NCBI RefSeq assembly: GCF_009914755.1
Contig: NC_060928.1
Direction: 5' to 3' (one strand)
DNA: 64,000 nt
Source: the human T2T-CHM13v2.0 reference genome, Homo sapiens
Shown here: piece after piece, positions 1-13,700 of the stretch
Numbering within the stretch: position 1 is the stretch's first letter
Layout of the letters: the number at the start of each line of letters is the position of its first letter
Notes under the pieces: generated by a model
Database searches by the model: none
Told to the model about the DNA's origin: nothing
Seen by the model: the letters and a program-made list of their open reading frames with translations, nothing else
Translations under genes and position numbers: made by a program

Positions 1-1622
1 GAGCTGTCCCAAAGTCCACAATTTAAGTCATTCCTTTCAGTCTTTAAAAGAGCCAAGATTTAAATTCAAGCACCCTTAGGAAAGATAACACTTTGGTCTT
101 ATTCCTTAAGTGTGGTTCAAAGACCTACATTCCTCTTCTCATTGGGACTGGTTCCAGAGCAGGCACTGGGAGGTAGCAAGTGGGACAACTGAGCAGAGAC
201 AGAATTAACCTCAGACAACTTAAGAATTGCATAAAATTCTGTTTAAAATCACCTACAATGGCCTTTCACAGGTAAGAAAATTAAGAAATTAATTTAAAAA
301 ATCAATCCTACCCAAAAAATCTAGCATAATTTGCATATTTCAAAGTTATGTATGGCTTCATAATAACTTCCAAAAATATTAGATTCACAAAGTATCCATT
401 CATTTCATTTGTACAGGCTTAGTCATCCACCACTATTATTTTCCACATCATCATCCTTTAAAAATGTAAGCATTTAAGAAAAACATATTATATTTCTCAC
501 GACAAAAACAAAGTCTCATTTAATTCAAACAAAAGGCAATAATAAATGGAGGTGAGCATTGTACAGTACTGCCAAATCCTGACTATTCAGGAATGAACAG
601 GGCATGGGTCATTCATATGACAAATCATCTAAAACTCATTCATATATTCTAAACTTCTTTAATTCACAGTAAGCAAGAGGAAGTCCTGCCTAGCTCAGTG
701 AAGTATGAACTACAGAATATTTTTAAGGAAGTATTTCTGAAGAGTTCAACTGATCTTTAATGATTTTTTATATCACAAAATCTCTTCTACAGAGGTCCAC
801 GTAATATTATGCACATCACAAATGCCAGCAGTTTATTTTAGTCAAAGAATTCATTTGTTGACCTCAAGCAAACTTTATTTGAACTGATATTTAATCTATT
901 ATTTCTTTACTAATTCCTCCCCTTAATCACGAAGTTACTCAGGTCAAAAGGGCTGGAAGATAGTTCTAGTAATGAAAACAAACGAAATGTGTACTTATGC
1001 ACATTAAGTGATCATAAGATTTAAAATAGTGTCTACATCAAAAAGCTATCAAGAAGAAATGATGTACACATGAATCTAAATGATTGAGGCACTTAGAGGT
1101 GAGAAGGAGAAAATCCTGAGTAAAGTATAATTATGACCATAACAATATAATAGCAATGATAGAGCTGGAAATAGTTTCCAGGTCAACTATCAGCTGCACC
1201 ATCATTTTCTCTAACGCTCCAAGCACACTGTGAAAGCCTGGATTCATTTAGCAGTATCTGCTATATGGCAAGAAATGTGCAGTGCTCATCCAATTTTCCT
1301 TTAACAAATGAAGACAAATATTTGCAATTCTTAAAAGGCAATTTGCATGTCAATGACTAATGAATTCTATGTCAGATTCCACTCCAGGCACAGCCAGCCC
1401 CAACACACACCTTCCTAACAGTGTCCTCCACATGGTTTATCCTTTCCTAAGGGCCATAAAAATGTCTATTCGGAGGAAACCATCTACCTAGGACTCAGAA
1501 TGAGTATTTATATCATTCTATAAAGCTCAATTCTTCTAATAATTATTTGAAACAACTTTTTTAAAAACAGCATTCAAATATGCTCTAAAAGACTAAAAGT
1601 TTGAACACACGATTCATTCTAT

Positions 1623-2263
1623 TGTAGGAGCCAAGAGCACTTTCTCTGCCTTCTGAAGGTTCACTGACAAGAGGCATACTATTAGGATAAAAGGCATATA
1701 AATTTATTTGATCGTGGTTTTACGTGACGTGGGAGCCTTTAGAATGAGGACCCAAAGCTATAGGAGATACTGCCCATTTTTATGTTCAGGTTTAACAAAG
1801 TGTGGTCAGCCACGTAGAAATATGTTTGGACAAAATGGGTAGGATCTAATCTCAATAGACTGAGTGGGGAAACCCAGTAAGGCTTATCAGTTTAGATTTT
1901 TCTTGGCCTCTTTGAGTTTTGTTTTGTTTTTTTCTGGGTATGGAGAAGAACCCTCTCTGGAATGGGGGTCTTATGTAATCAAACAAGGTAGGTCAGATAA
2001 ATTTTTAAGGCCAGTTTTTACACAGAAAGCTGGGACATGAGGGGAGTTGAGTAATATTTTTAGGTTTTATGGCTGATTGTGGAAACAAGGGGTTCTGGTG
2101 TCTATGGCCCACCTTGGAAAAGAGGAATTCTAGTTTCTGCGGCTAGCCTCAGGGGAAAATGAAGGGCCAGTGACAGGAAAGTAGGAAAAGATCAAAGGAA
2201 AACTTGTTTCTGAGACTACTTCTGAGGCCTTCATTTGGTGATATCATTTTCTGAGACCCAACA
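1623..2263 (-). mobile_element. MER39-family ERV1 solo LTR
   Basis: TG...CA termini, perfect 4-bp TSD CTAT (1619-1622, 2264-2267), strong resemblance to the MER39 consensus; AATAAA on minus strand at 1708-1703. Confidence 0.85.
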
Positions 2264-2381
2264 CTATATACATTTAAGATAAGTAGTAGTTTTCATTTGT
2301 TTTCTGGCTTTATTTTGTTATTGCTGCATTTATTCTCTTAGAAAAGCTGAGGTGGTCCAGATCTTAAAAACTATAATTTAT

Positions 2382-2696
<315 letters not shown>

Positions 2697-4087
2697 CTAT
2701 AACTTATTTCCTTCTACTTATGGATGAAAAAGCTACAGACCAAAGCAACTGAGCAGTTACAGAGCCATGATCAACTATCTCCTAGTTCCCTGCCCTGGTT
2801 ACTGACCTTCTACCTCCAAACTTAAGCAAAGACCCTGAAATACAATAAGTACCTTTCAAAACTTCAGATATTACTTTATGCATTATACCATGTTAGAGTT
2901 CACCATCCTACTGAAAATACTGCAACTAATCCACCAAATCTTGTATGGAAATAAGCCAACTAGGAAGAGAAGCATAAAGTAGCCTGAAGTTTCTTTACAC
3001 CGTGGAACAGGAGAGAAGTGGCTTTCTGGTGCTCCTATAGTTGACGCAAATCCTCCAGTAGAAGCTGATTTGTCCCACAGCTGTACAAAGTTGTAGGAGG
3101 ACTATGAACGTGTGGGTGTACACATTTGCACAAATGTATAGGTACACAATTACACAATGGAGAAAGGAAAATAACCTTAGCTCAAAGAAATCCGCAAAGC
3201 CCAAAGCTAACCAAGTGAACTAATTTCTATTGCTGTACCTAACAATAAAGTGATTTGCATAAATTGTAGACGAAATTCTTTGTTTGGCAAATATTGTTCA
3301 ATTGTCCAATTTTTTATTATCAAGAATTGATCCCTCACCTTCCGCCCACATTCTCCTAGAGCAACCAACCATTCTTCGATACTCTAGTCAGAGCTTGTGT
3401 CCCTGGACCACACCGGAGTGTGTGTGATCCAGCGTTGCACTGTCTTAAAGTCTCTCAAGTGCCACGTGCACAGAAAATATTCTATTCTACATATTTCTAT
3501 CTTTAAAATGCGTTAAGAATAATAATTTAAAGTCTCAAGCAGAGGTTTTAGGTCAATTATATTAAGCATTATAAACATGCAGACCAAACTAGTAAAGGAA
3601 GAAAGTCTGGAATTGTACCACTATGCGTGATGGCATGTCATGCAGTGGAGGCCCCAGAGTTCCTGAAATGAACGGCTACCAAAAAAGAAAAAGGTCAACT
3701 GTCTGCTGGTGTTATAACTATTTAAAGGCAAAATGTTCCAATGTACAACAATGTTCAGAATTCTACTATCTTAATTCCTTGATAAAAATGTTTAACTGTT
3801 AAACATTTACAGTAAAATAGTTTACAACTGTTTTCCTTCTAAGTACATAGGCCTCCAGTTTTATAAAGGAAAGAAAACATAAAAGGTTCATGTAACAGAA
3901 ATTTGCTTGATGGACAACTTCGCTAGAAAACAGGAATTCCCCAAATAGAGGGACAGGCATTCAAGAAGAGTTCTCTTTAACCATCTTATCAGTCTCAGTC
4001 AATACAGGTAAACTAGAGAACAGCAGACTGGATAAAAATTCCCTTCACAAGTCTCATTGGTTTCTGAGCTTTAAGATTTAAGACTAA

Positions 4088-4408
4088 GGCAAGGCACAGT
4101 GCCTCACACCTGTAATCCCAGCACTTTGGGAGGCCAAGGCAGGAGGACTGTTTGAGCCCTGGGGTTAGAGATCGGCCTAGACAACAGAGTGAGACACTGT
4201 CTTTACAAAAAAAAAAAAATTAAAAATTAGCCGGGCTTGGTGGCCCACGTGTGTAGTCCCAGCTACTCAGGCTACTAAGGCGGAAGGATTGCTTGTACCC
4301 AGGAGTTCAAGACTGCAGTGAGCTATAATTGTGCTACTGCATTCCAGTCTAGGTGACAGAGCAAGACCCTGTCTCAAAAAACAAAAAACAAAAACAAAAG
4401 CAAAACAA
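4088..4408 (+). mobile_element. Alu (AluJ-like)
   Basis: Diverged full dimer with A-rich tail. Confidence 0.85.
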
Positions 4409-4540
4409 CCTTCCTTTCCATATTCCATATGTGAAGGAAACCTAAAAGAAATAGGAGAAAAGGAACCAAATGAGTCAACTATCTTCATTCTATATACCCA
4501 GCTTATTCCAAAATAAAGCAAATGAAAAGATATCCCTGTT

Positions 4541-4745
4541 CAGCCTGGATAACATAGCAAGACCCCACCTCTACAAAAAATTTTAAAATTAGCTGGGCGT
4601 GGTGGCCCAGGCCTGTAATCCCAGCTACTTGGGAGGCTGAGGCAAATGATCGCTTGAGCCCAAGCATTCAAGGTTACGATGAGCTATGACTGTGCCACTA
4701 TACTCCAGCCTGAGCAACAAAGAAAGACCCTGTGGGGGGAAAAAA
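4541..4745 (+). mobile_element. 5'-truncated Alu (AluJ-like)
   Basis: End of left arm plus right arm. Confidence 0.8.
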
Positions 4746-6899
4746 TGCATGCCTGCCTATTTAGTTAACCCCTCATTAAAATGTACTTATAAAATAGCAT
4801 TCCTTAATTTAAAGAGAAAGAAAATGCAGTAAAAACAAAGACCCACCCCAATAGTGTTTTCTGAATAAAACTAGTAATAAATATTTTTAAAATCTTTTTT
4901 TAAAAAATCACAGTTTGATAAAAGAGTAAAAAAAAACTTCACGTTTTCACACAAATCCTTTCTTGTCTATTATTGAACTTTACAGATGCATAAAATAATT
5001 AGTTTTAGTCATTTCTATTGTTCTAGTGGAATAGAAAGAATGCATACTGGCAACATCCAGCTAGTGTTCAGATCCTTGACAAAAAGTACACTTAAAGCTG
5101 TGAGTGATACAGAAATTTCAATTTATGACCTATTCAAAAGAATAGAAAAAAACCATTACATGTTGAACAATTTAGTACACATATTTGACATTAAGTTAAA
5201 TATAATACTATGTCTTATACCAAATGCAACACTATAAAAATATACTAAATGACCATTCTCTATCAATTATAAAATATATTTAAAAAATTACAGTACCTGA
5301 AAACAACTGAATTGGGGGACTCTTGGTTGAATTTTTCAAGTACAGTAGGGGATGCTAGGTTAATTTTTATGTTATTTTCTTTCTTCACTATATTCTACAG
5401 TACTAAGTTATACTATTTTCATCTATAATTATATTTACCTGTTAATTAAACCTGCTATATCTTTGCTAAATAGTATATTTTATTCAAGTCATCCCAGGTC
5501 AAAATGAATCAAATCATTTTTAACATACAAGGCATTCCCCTGAACCAAGATCCAACTGAGCTATATTTGCCTCCATTAGTTCACATCTATAATTCATACT
5601 AATTGTTCATTTATTATTCATGTATACAACAACTTAAATGCTGAGAAAAAAAATCAGTTGGTATAGTTCAAAATGAGAGTGCATCCCCTAAGTTAGCAAT
5701 TCTACCCATTTACAGTGTGCTGATTAGAAATTTATAAATCTTATAAATTATTCCTTAGTTTAAAACATTATATGATATCAAACAAAAAAAGATGACTCTG
5801 TCCATGGTTAAGCTATAGTAGGCTAACAATACATGCATATAACCTCAACAGAAGCTTTCACAAATTGTGTGTCCCCAGACCATCTACACATAAACAAATG
5901 GTATGGGTATTACTATTTTATTGCATAGCAGTGAGTGATGAAATTGAAACCAAACAATAATCTTCTTGTCTCCCAGATCATGCACCACAGGGAAGGTAAT
6001 GAAAATGCTTATTATTCTTCTGACACCTCACCCAGAAAATGGCTGTCCTCAACCAGAGGACAAAGGTGAATTTCTGATTCATCTTTATAAATGCTGCACC
6101 TAGTGTGAATGCAGTAAATGTTTAAGGAATAAATGAAACCTATCCTTACCCTGTTAGAAGAACCAGCATTACACTTTGTATCCCCTCTGCTGATCCTAAT
6201 AAAAAGTACTGAGGCTAAATGTGCATGTGTGGCTTGTAGGGGGGTAAATATCATTGCTTTAGTGTTTTGCATACAATAATTTTTTTATTAATATTGTTGC
6301 ACTGATTTGTAAGAAGGAGGAGGAGGGGAAGAGGAGACTGCCCTGGAAAAGGAAGATGCTAAAGGGGCAAAAATAAACACTTCTTTAGTTTCTAATGACA
6401 ACAGACCAACCATGTAAACATCAGTCTAAATCAATTGTTCATATAATGCCTATTTACTATGCAGCTAAGGAGAGAGGCTTCAAAGGACTGCTTTCTTTAA
6501 AATTTAATTCAGGGGGAAAAAACCTTCAAAATTAGAATTAAATCATATAATCATGTTTACTTAATAAATGAACTAACTTCAGCATTCTCATCAATTATGG
6601 AATTATTCATTTCAGATATAAATGCGTCATAATATTTGCCTGCAAATAGCATCTTAAGACAAGGAAATATGCTTTGTCAACCAAACCAGAGTCTAAATGT
6701 TATTCATCCAGATATGACTAAAAAAAAATGAATGTAACATTTTACAGCACTTTATAAATTACTTACTGTTATTTTTTAATTGCATTAAGTTTCCCAAATA
6801 TAAGGACAAGTCCCAACCATACTCCTTAGCAAACCCTTTTGGTTCTGATCAACAACTACCTTGTTTCCTCCTTGCCAGTTGAATCCCCAGATGATTCAG

Positions 6900-7280
6900 A
6901 GGTTAAGCTAACTAATCTATGTAATCATGGTAATTGTACATTTCTTTCCAAAGAGTGTCAGGAAGGAACATGTGATCCAGTCTGGGCAAATGAAATGTGG
7001 AAGTCTGTGGGGGAAATTCCAGAAAGGTTTCCTTGTTTCAAAAGGACATTCCTGCAGAGGGGCTCTCTTCCTTCTGCAGATTGTTCTATCTCTAAGTGAA
7101 GCCTGGAATAACCACCAGCCTAAGAATAAAGGCCACGCTTCTGAAGAGGATAGAGGAGCCAAGAAAGTAGCAGAGGAACAGAAGTGTACCATGCTGGAGT
7201 CTGCCCATCACATGGACTTCTTGTAATAGGAACAATAAGCCTCCTTATTGTTTCCGTTTTCTATTCTTTGCTATCAAAAC
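6900..7280 (+). mobile_element. Old ERVL-type LTR fragment (LTR16/LTR33-like)
   Basis: CATGTGATCCAGTCTGGGCAAATGAAATGT motif typical of these families; highly diverged. Confidence 0.4.
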
Positions 7281-7592
7281 CACCCAAATTGATTCAAGAC
7301 ACATCCACACCCAAATTCATAATTATCATGTTTTCTTCCAAATCTTCCAAAAGCATCTTTATTTTCACAGTCATAATGTATTATATATAAATTTCATACC
7401 CTTCTTTCCCCTAAACACTATCGTAAACACTTTCCTATTTATATATATATATATATAATATTTACAATAATTATTTTAGTATCTGCATAATATCCATCAA
7501 ATGCAGGTACCTGTGAGTAGTACCTTATTACTGGATATTTCATTTTCCCTTCAGTTATAAACCAAATTACTTTTACATAGGTTATCTTATCA

Positions 7593-7912
7593 CAGGGGGC
7601 CCCAACCCCCAGGCTGCCCAGCAGGAGGTGACCAGGAGGTGAGCAAGTGAAGCTTTATCTGTATTTACAGCCACTCCCCATCGCTCACATTACCACCTGA
7701 GCTCTGCCTCCTAAGCTCTGCCTCCTATCAGATCAGCAGCAGCATTAGATTCTCCTAGGAGCTCGAACTCCATTGCGAACTGTGCATGCAAGGAATCTAG
7801 GTTGCATGCTCCTTATGAGAATCTAATGCCTGATGAAACCATCCCCCAGGTCCACGGAAAAACTGCCTTCCACAGAACTGGTCCCTGGTGCCAAAAAGGT
7901 TGGGGACTGGTG
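7593..7912 (+). mobile_element. MER1A-like hAT-Charlie DNA transposon (internally deleted)
   Basis: CAGGGG..CCCAACC / GGTTGGGGACTGGTG termini and 8-bp TSD TCTTATCA/TCTTAACA. Confidence 0.85.
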
Positions 7913-7925
7913 TCTTAACACATAG

Positions 7926-7974
7926 GCGCACACATGCGTGTGCATGCATGCACACATGCACACACACACACACA
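7926..7974. repeat. Alternating purine-pyrimidine (CA/TG mixed) tract
   Basis: 49 bp of uninterrupted RY alternation ending in (CA)n. Confidence 0.9.
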
Positions 7975-8659
7975 GACAGTGACCACATAAGTAAATATAC
8001 ACCCCTGGACAATAGCTCATAAAAGGCAATAGTAACGGGATATCTTATTGTCTTCTCTAAAAAAAAAAAAATATGCACACTAGTTAAGAAATCAGATAAT
8101 GCCCCCAAATCTAAGTATTTGACATCTGCCTTAGTCTGAAAAGCAGATTGAGCTCAATATTTAAAATCAACCAGGAAATGTATCAAATCTGGTATTGCTA
8201 ATAAATGTTTTTCAGCACCTGCTACATAGAACCAAGATGTAGCCCTTAAAAGTGGCGGGGGACAGCTTTCAGCTAACTTTTTAATTAACACTCACTACAA
8301 ACAACAGATGGAATTCAATGAGTACAGCCTGTAAACAATAGTACTTGGTCCACATGTCCTCTATCTCTATTTCAATCAAGAGATTTTGGGTGGGTAGGTG
8401 CACATGAACAGAGGAGCATGACAAGACAAAAAGTCAGATCTCTTGACTCATCCTCTCCTCCAGAATCTCAATGATTAAAACTTTCTCATTTATTTAATGT
8501 TTTACCTCTCAATCATCAGCCACCTATGGTTGGCTTGTAAAAAAGGGAGGCTCTCAGCACAGTGTCAAGCAAGTTGCCCCATCTGCTATGCCAACCAGAG
8601 ACTAGAAAAGTGACTGCCCCTCCTAGGCAGGAAACACTAAGTTATTGCAATCTATCGTG

Positions 8660-8833
8660 TTTTGTTGTGTTTGTTTTGCTTGTTTTAGAGACAGGGTCTC
8701 CCTCCGTTGCCCAGAATGGGGTGCAGTGTCATGACTATAGCTCACTGCAGCCTCTATCTCCTGGCCTCAAGTGATCCCCTTGCCCCAGCCTCCTAAAGTG
8801 CTGCGATTTCAGGCATGAGCCACCATGCTGGGT
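8660..8833 (-). mobile_element. Alu monomer-length element
   Basis: Reverse-complement Alu sequence of single-arm length. Confidence 0.75.
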
Positions 8834-8928
8834 CACAAGCTATTGTTGGGGGAAATCAGTTGCCTGTTAATTCTTCCTGTAGAAATGCAAAAATAACCTA
8901 GCTCACATTCAATTAATAACCATATTCT

Positions 8929-9200
8929 GGGCAGCCATGGTAGCTCATGCCTGTAATTCCAGTACTCTGGGAGGCCAAGGCGGGAGAATCACTTGAGCCC
9001 AGGAGTTGGAGACCAGCCTGGGCAACATGGCAAAACTCCATCTCTACAAACAATACAAAAAATAATAATAATAAATTAGCTGGACTGTAGTCCCAGCTAC
9101 TTCAGAGGCCAAGGTGGGAGAATTGCTTGATCCTGAGAGGCAGAGGTTGCAGTGAGCTGAGATGGCACAAATGCATTTTGTCTCAAAAAATAAAAATAAA
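8929..9200 (+). mobile_element. Alu (diverged, with deletions)
   Basis: Dimer with TSD AATAACCATATTC. Confidence 0.85.
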
Positions 9201-9489
9201 ATAACCATATTCCAGTGAACTAGGTTATTACTATCTTACACTGGTCAAATAAAAAACCAGAAGTGTCATTTCTAAAATTACACAAAAAGTTAACATTGGC
9301 ATGCCTTACACCTGCTCCTAAAGCCTAACAGGGTTAAGTCACAGAATGGTGGGCTCAGTTAGTCTATATCATCACCTACCACTATACATTTTAGGTGGGT
9401 TCTAATGCCCTTCCATGTGTTCTGCCTGACTGTGACAGAGTTTTCAGCATCTAAATCACTTTGACTGCTCAATAGAAATGCATGTTCCA

Positions 9490-9590
9490 TTCCTGATCCA
9501 GAACTGAGAATTACTCAGAGCCTGGGCTACAGTCTAGGAATCTGCATTTTAACAAGTCCCAAGGTGTTTCTAAATGCTCATAATGAGACC
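9490..9590. mobile_element. MER5A-like fragment
   Basis: GGAATCTGCATTTTAACAAG motif. Confidence 0.5.
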
Positions 9591-9635
9591 AGCTCCCTGG
9601 GCTGATTCAGTGTATTCCCATAGCCAGAATGATTC

Positions 9636-9932
<297 letters not shown>

Positions 9933-10238
9933 CTAGAATGATTCTTTAGTATTAATTTGCAAGTTTCATAAAACCAGGGCCCAGGTATCATGTTTCCTGC
10001 TCTCTGACATCTGAGCCACTGGAACATCCACGCCCAGCCCTGGCTCACCTGAGGTCCCCACCCTGCCCCTTCAACTTGGCTTCAATCAACTCTTCACCAT
10101 GGAGACACCAACTTCCTCATTTTTCTCAATGCAATGAAATATGTGACTCTGGCCAGCAGTGTATTTTTTAAAGGAGGGATCACATTACTGTAAATTGTTA
10201 TTTTCTTTTGCCCTGGATTTCTTTAAAGAAAAAAATAT

Positions 10239-10406
10239 GTCGGGCATGGTAGCTCTTGCCTGTAATCCCAGCACTTTGGGAGGCTTAGGCAGGAGAATCG
10301 TTTGAACCCAGGAGGCAGAGGTTGCAGTGCACTGAGATTGCGCCACTGCGCTCCAGCCCGGGTGACAGAGAGAGAACCTATCTCAAAAAAAAAAAAACAA
10401 AGAAAA
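10239..10406 (+). mobile_element. Internally deleted Alu
   Basis: Left-arm start joined to right-arm end, with poly(A). Confidence 0.8.
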
Positions 10407-10700
10407 AGATACCAGATATCTTTTAAGCATAAGAGACTGTAAATCATGTGCATCAGGCCAAACATAATTCCCTTTCTTCCTGTTAGACTAGTCCATAAAC
10501 TACAAAATGAGGATTACTACACAATGCAGATATTTCTACATGTGTATATGTAAGTAAAGAAATACAGCAAAATCAGCTGTGAAGTAAAAATACACATATC
10601 TAACCCTATTTTCTCCTATACTCCTCATAATATGTCTTCACATATTTTCATCAGTAAAATGCAGGAACTCACTCAGAAGGTTGCTACAAGAATGAAATGA

Positions 10701-11080
<380 letters not shown>

Positions 11081-13198
11081 CTAGCTACTATGATCAGGCC
11101 AGGTTGTTTTGCGTACATGCTCAGCGCTGCAAAGGTCTTTTAAATTAATTTACTCAAAACTTGCGTTTCTCCTGATGAGGAAACCAAAGCTCTAAGAGTT
11201 AAGAGTCTTACCCAACAGTGCACAGCTACTGGCAGAGCCAAAACAGACACCAGTGTTTTCTAAAGCACAATTCAATATTCTTTTCACCACTCCATGATAC
11301 TTTTGTTCACACCCCTAATTGAAATGTAGGACCAAGAGAGCCGTAACGTTCAGAATATGCCACTCATCTCAAAGCTATAGGTTATGCCCAAGCAGACTGG
11401 AGAAGTAAATGATAGAATGAGATTGAGTCTGTGAAAGTAATTCATTATTACACAGTTGATCGTTTTCCTATTTTTTTGTGGTGGTGGGAAGGGCATTTAT
11501 CTCCCATCTTGAGTGGTTTCTTTTGTTTCTCTTTTGTTCAATCACTTTACTCCAGGAAGTACAAATAACTATTATGCAGTATTTGGGATTTTGTCTGGTG
11601 AGAGTTAGCTAGGAACATAAAGGCATTCAAAAGATTTACATTTCTAGTCAACTGAAGAAGGTGAGGTGGCAGGAAATCCAAGGACAAGTTACTCTCCATG
11701 TCTGAAACATAAGGCTGAGTTATGTCAGAAAGAGAGCAACAGATCACTATCATTTTTTAACTTTAAATTACTTTTCTTGAGTCTGTGCTTATGTACTTAA
11801 AGAGAAGTTGTATATTCTCTCCTACACATTCATTCTCTAATAATTCTCTGCTCTTATCTATTTATAAAACTAAGAATAATATGAAGATGAAAAAAGTCAA
11901 TGTTTGCTAAACCTAAGATTTTACTATAATCTCTTATGGTGAATAACGAGACAATGCTAGCACTCTTTGTTTGACATCACCTCAAATTTTTTATAGCTAC
12001 ATTGGCATTCTGTTCATGAAACACAAGTAAAGCGATGACTTCATTCCCGAGGATAAAGGATAATTGATCTTAACCTTCCTATCACTTTTCCTTAACTCAA
12101 AGCACTAATGCAATTGAAGGTACTGATAAATAAAATTTCTCCAGGAAATGAATGACATTGTGACAGATAACCTCCAAGTTACCTCCAAAAAGTACAAAGT
12201 ACAATATGATTCAGAATCTCAATTCAGGAAACCCTTGCCCCACAGTGTGAATGGAAAGCTGCCAAAAATATTTTGTTGAAAAGAAATTCAAACTTTGAGG
12301 ATATTTTTTCTTCCTCAGTTTTTAAACAAAAAAAAAAACCTAATTTCAACAAAATCCCAACAATTCAAAATGAAGCAATGTTCAAAGCTGGATTATTCAT
12401 TTACATTAAATTTATTAGTGTGATGCTTTTATTACCACAAACCTAAAACATTTTGCCACCTTTATCTCCTGATGTTACCAACTAATCCTGATAAAACATA
12501 TAAAGCTAAGTAATGGCTCTGGAAAACTGTGTATAACTATATTAAGTTGCTACTTCACCAAGATAGTAGTATTCCCATCTCTTTTCCCTTTCTTTTTTTC
12601 CAGTCACTGATGATACTTACCATACTGAGCTGGAGTATGTGAATATGGCTGATTTTGGCCACATAATTTTGCCATACTTTTTAAAACAGAGGTCAACAGC
12701 TAAATTAAGGCAAAATTTTACCACATTTTTAAAAATCGGAGTCTAAAGAATGGAGGGAAGGTTATTGATTGCCACGTTAATGTAACATTTCCCTTTCCAG
12801 AACAAGTAATTATGCCTCTTTAATGTAAATATGGTAACCCACTCAACGTAAGCTAATCTAGAGAACAGACGCCCAAAGCACACTGTCACCCAATACACGA
12901 GCGCACACACACACACAGTGGCCAGAGGACAGAGCAAATTCAGAAACCCAGAGCTCAGCACCTTGCATAGAACTGTCACCCCTGACAACCTTCACACAAG
13001 CACACCTGGCTGGCTTAGATTTGCAGCACCAGTATACCTTACTGGTAACCCAGCTGCAGCCCACCATCACAGCCCGCAAACGCAAGCCCACAACCCCACA
13101 CACCCCGTCACTTTTTCCAAGAGACCTGTACGCCGGCCCCAAGCCTCACTGGCTCCGAGCCCGTCCGGAGTTTCCGCGGCCGCCCCGAGGCCACTAAC

Positions 13199-13700
13199 CG
13201 TGTCTGCAGTCGCAGTAGCCCCAGTCCACCTTGCCACGGGCGTCTCCGTAGAAACACCAGGGTCTGCCCGCGCCGTCGGGGCTCCGACAAAAGTTGTGGC
13301 GCTGTCCTCGCAGCTGAGCCCAGCTCGCTGGGGGCGACCGCTCCAGGAAGGGTGGCACCTCCGCCCACCGCAGACACGGGGCGCCGAAGTCCGTCACGCT
13401 GACCCATGGCTCGCCGGCGGGGCAGCCCCAGGGGTGCGGCCGGGGCGTGTGCCCGGCCTGGAGGGCGTGCGGGCGCTGGGCAGGGAGCGCCCGCGGGGGG
13501 CGCGGGAAGCGCGGGAGAGGCGGCGGCGGACGCGTCCTCGGGGGCCGCTGCTGGGTGGGAAGGTAATAGGGGTAGTGCGGACCCGCAGGGGGCGAATGGC
13601 GGTGGCTGTGGTGGAGGGAATCATTGAGGACAGAATCAAAGCCGACCACTTCGGGGAGCGCCCCTAACATCAGGGCTAGCACGAAGCGGGCGAGCGTCAT
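13199..13700 (-). CDS. PRSS12: Neurotrypsin (serine protease 12) coding exon 1: signal peptide, Pro-rich segment, kringle domain
   Basis: Translation MTLARFVLALMLGALPEVVG...NFCRSPDGAGRPWCFYGDARGKVDWGYCDCRH-G matches the human neurotrypsin N-terminus as I recall it. ATG in GGCACCATGA. Exon ends at CAC G|GTTAGT (phase-1 donor, 13199/13198). Six-Cys kringle with CLRW, NFCRSPDG and PWCF motifs. Confidence 0.97.

Noticed and set aside
6839-7390. Cluster of four overlapping ORFs in intron 1
   Set aside because: Overlaps a probable old LTR; no domain similarity or convincing splice signals.
13194-13198. ORF-track end of the 168-aa PRSS12 ORF as a complete gene
   Set aside because: The last Gly codon and stop lie across the splice donor; the canonical protein continues in downstream exons. 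Kept only as an isoform hypothesis.
12918-13667. 249-aa plus-strand ORF antisense to PRSS12 exon 1
   Set aside because: Non-ATG (GTG) start, low-complexity Arg/Pro/Gly/Ala composition, no recognisable domain; expected in a stop-poor CpG island.
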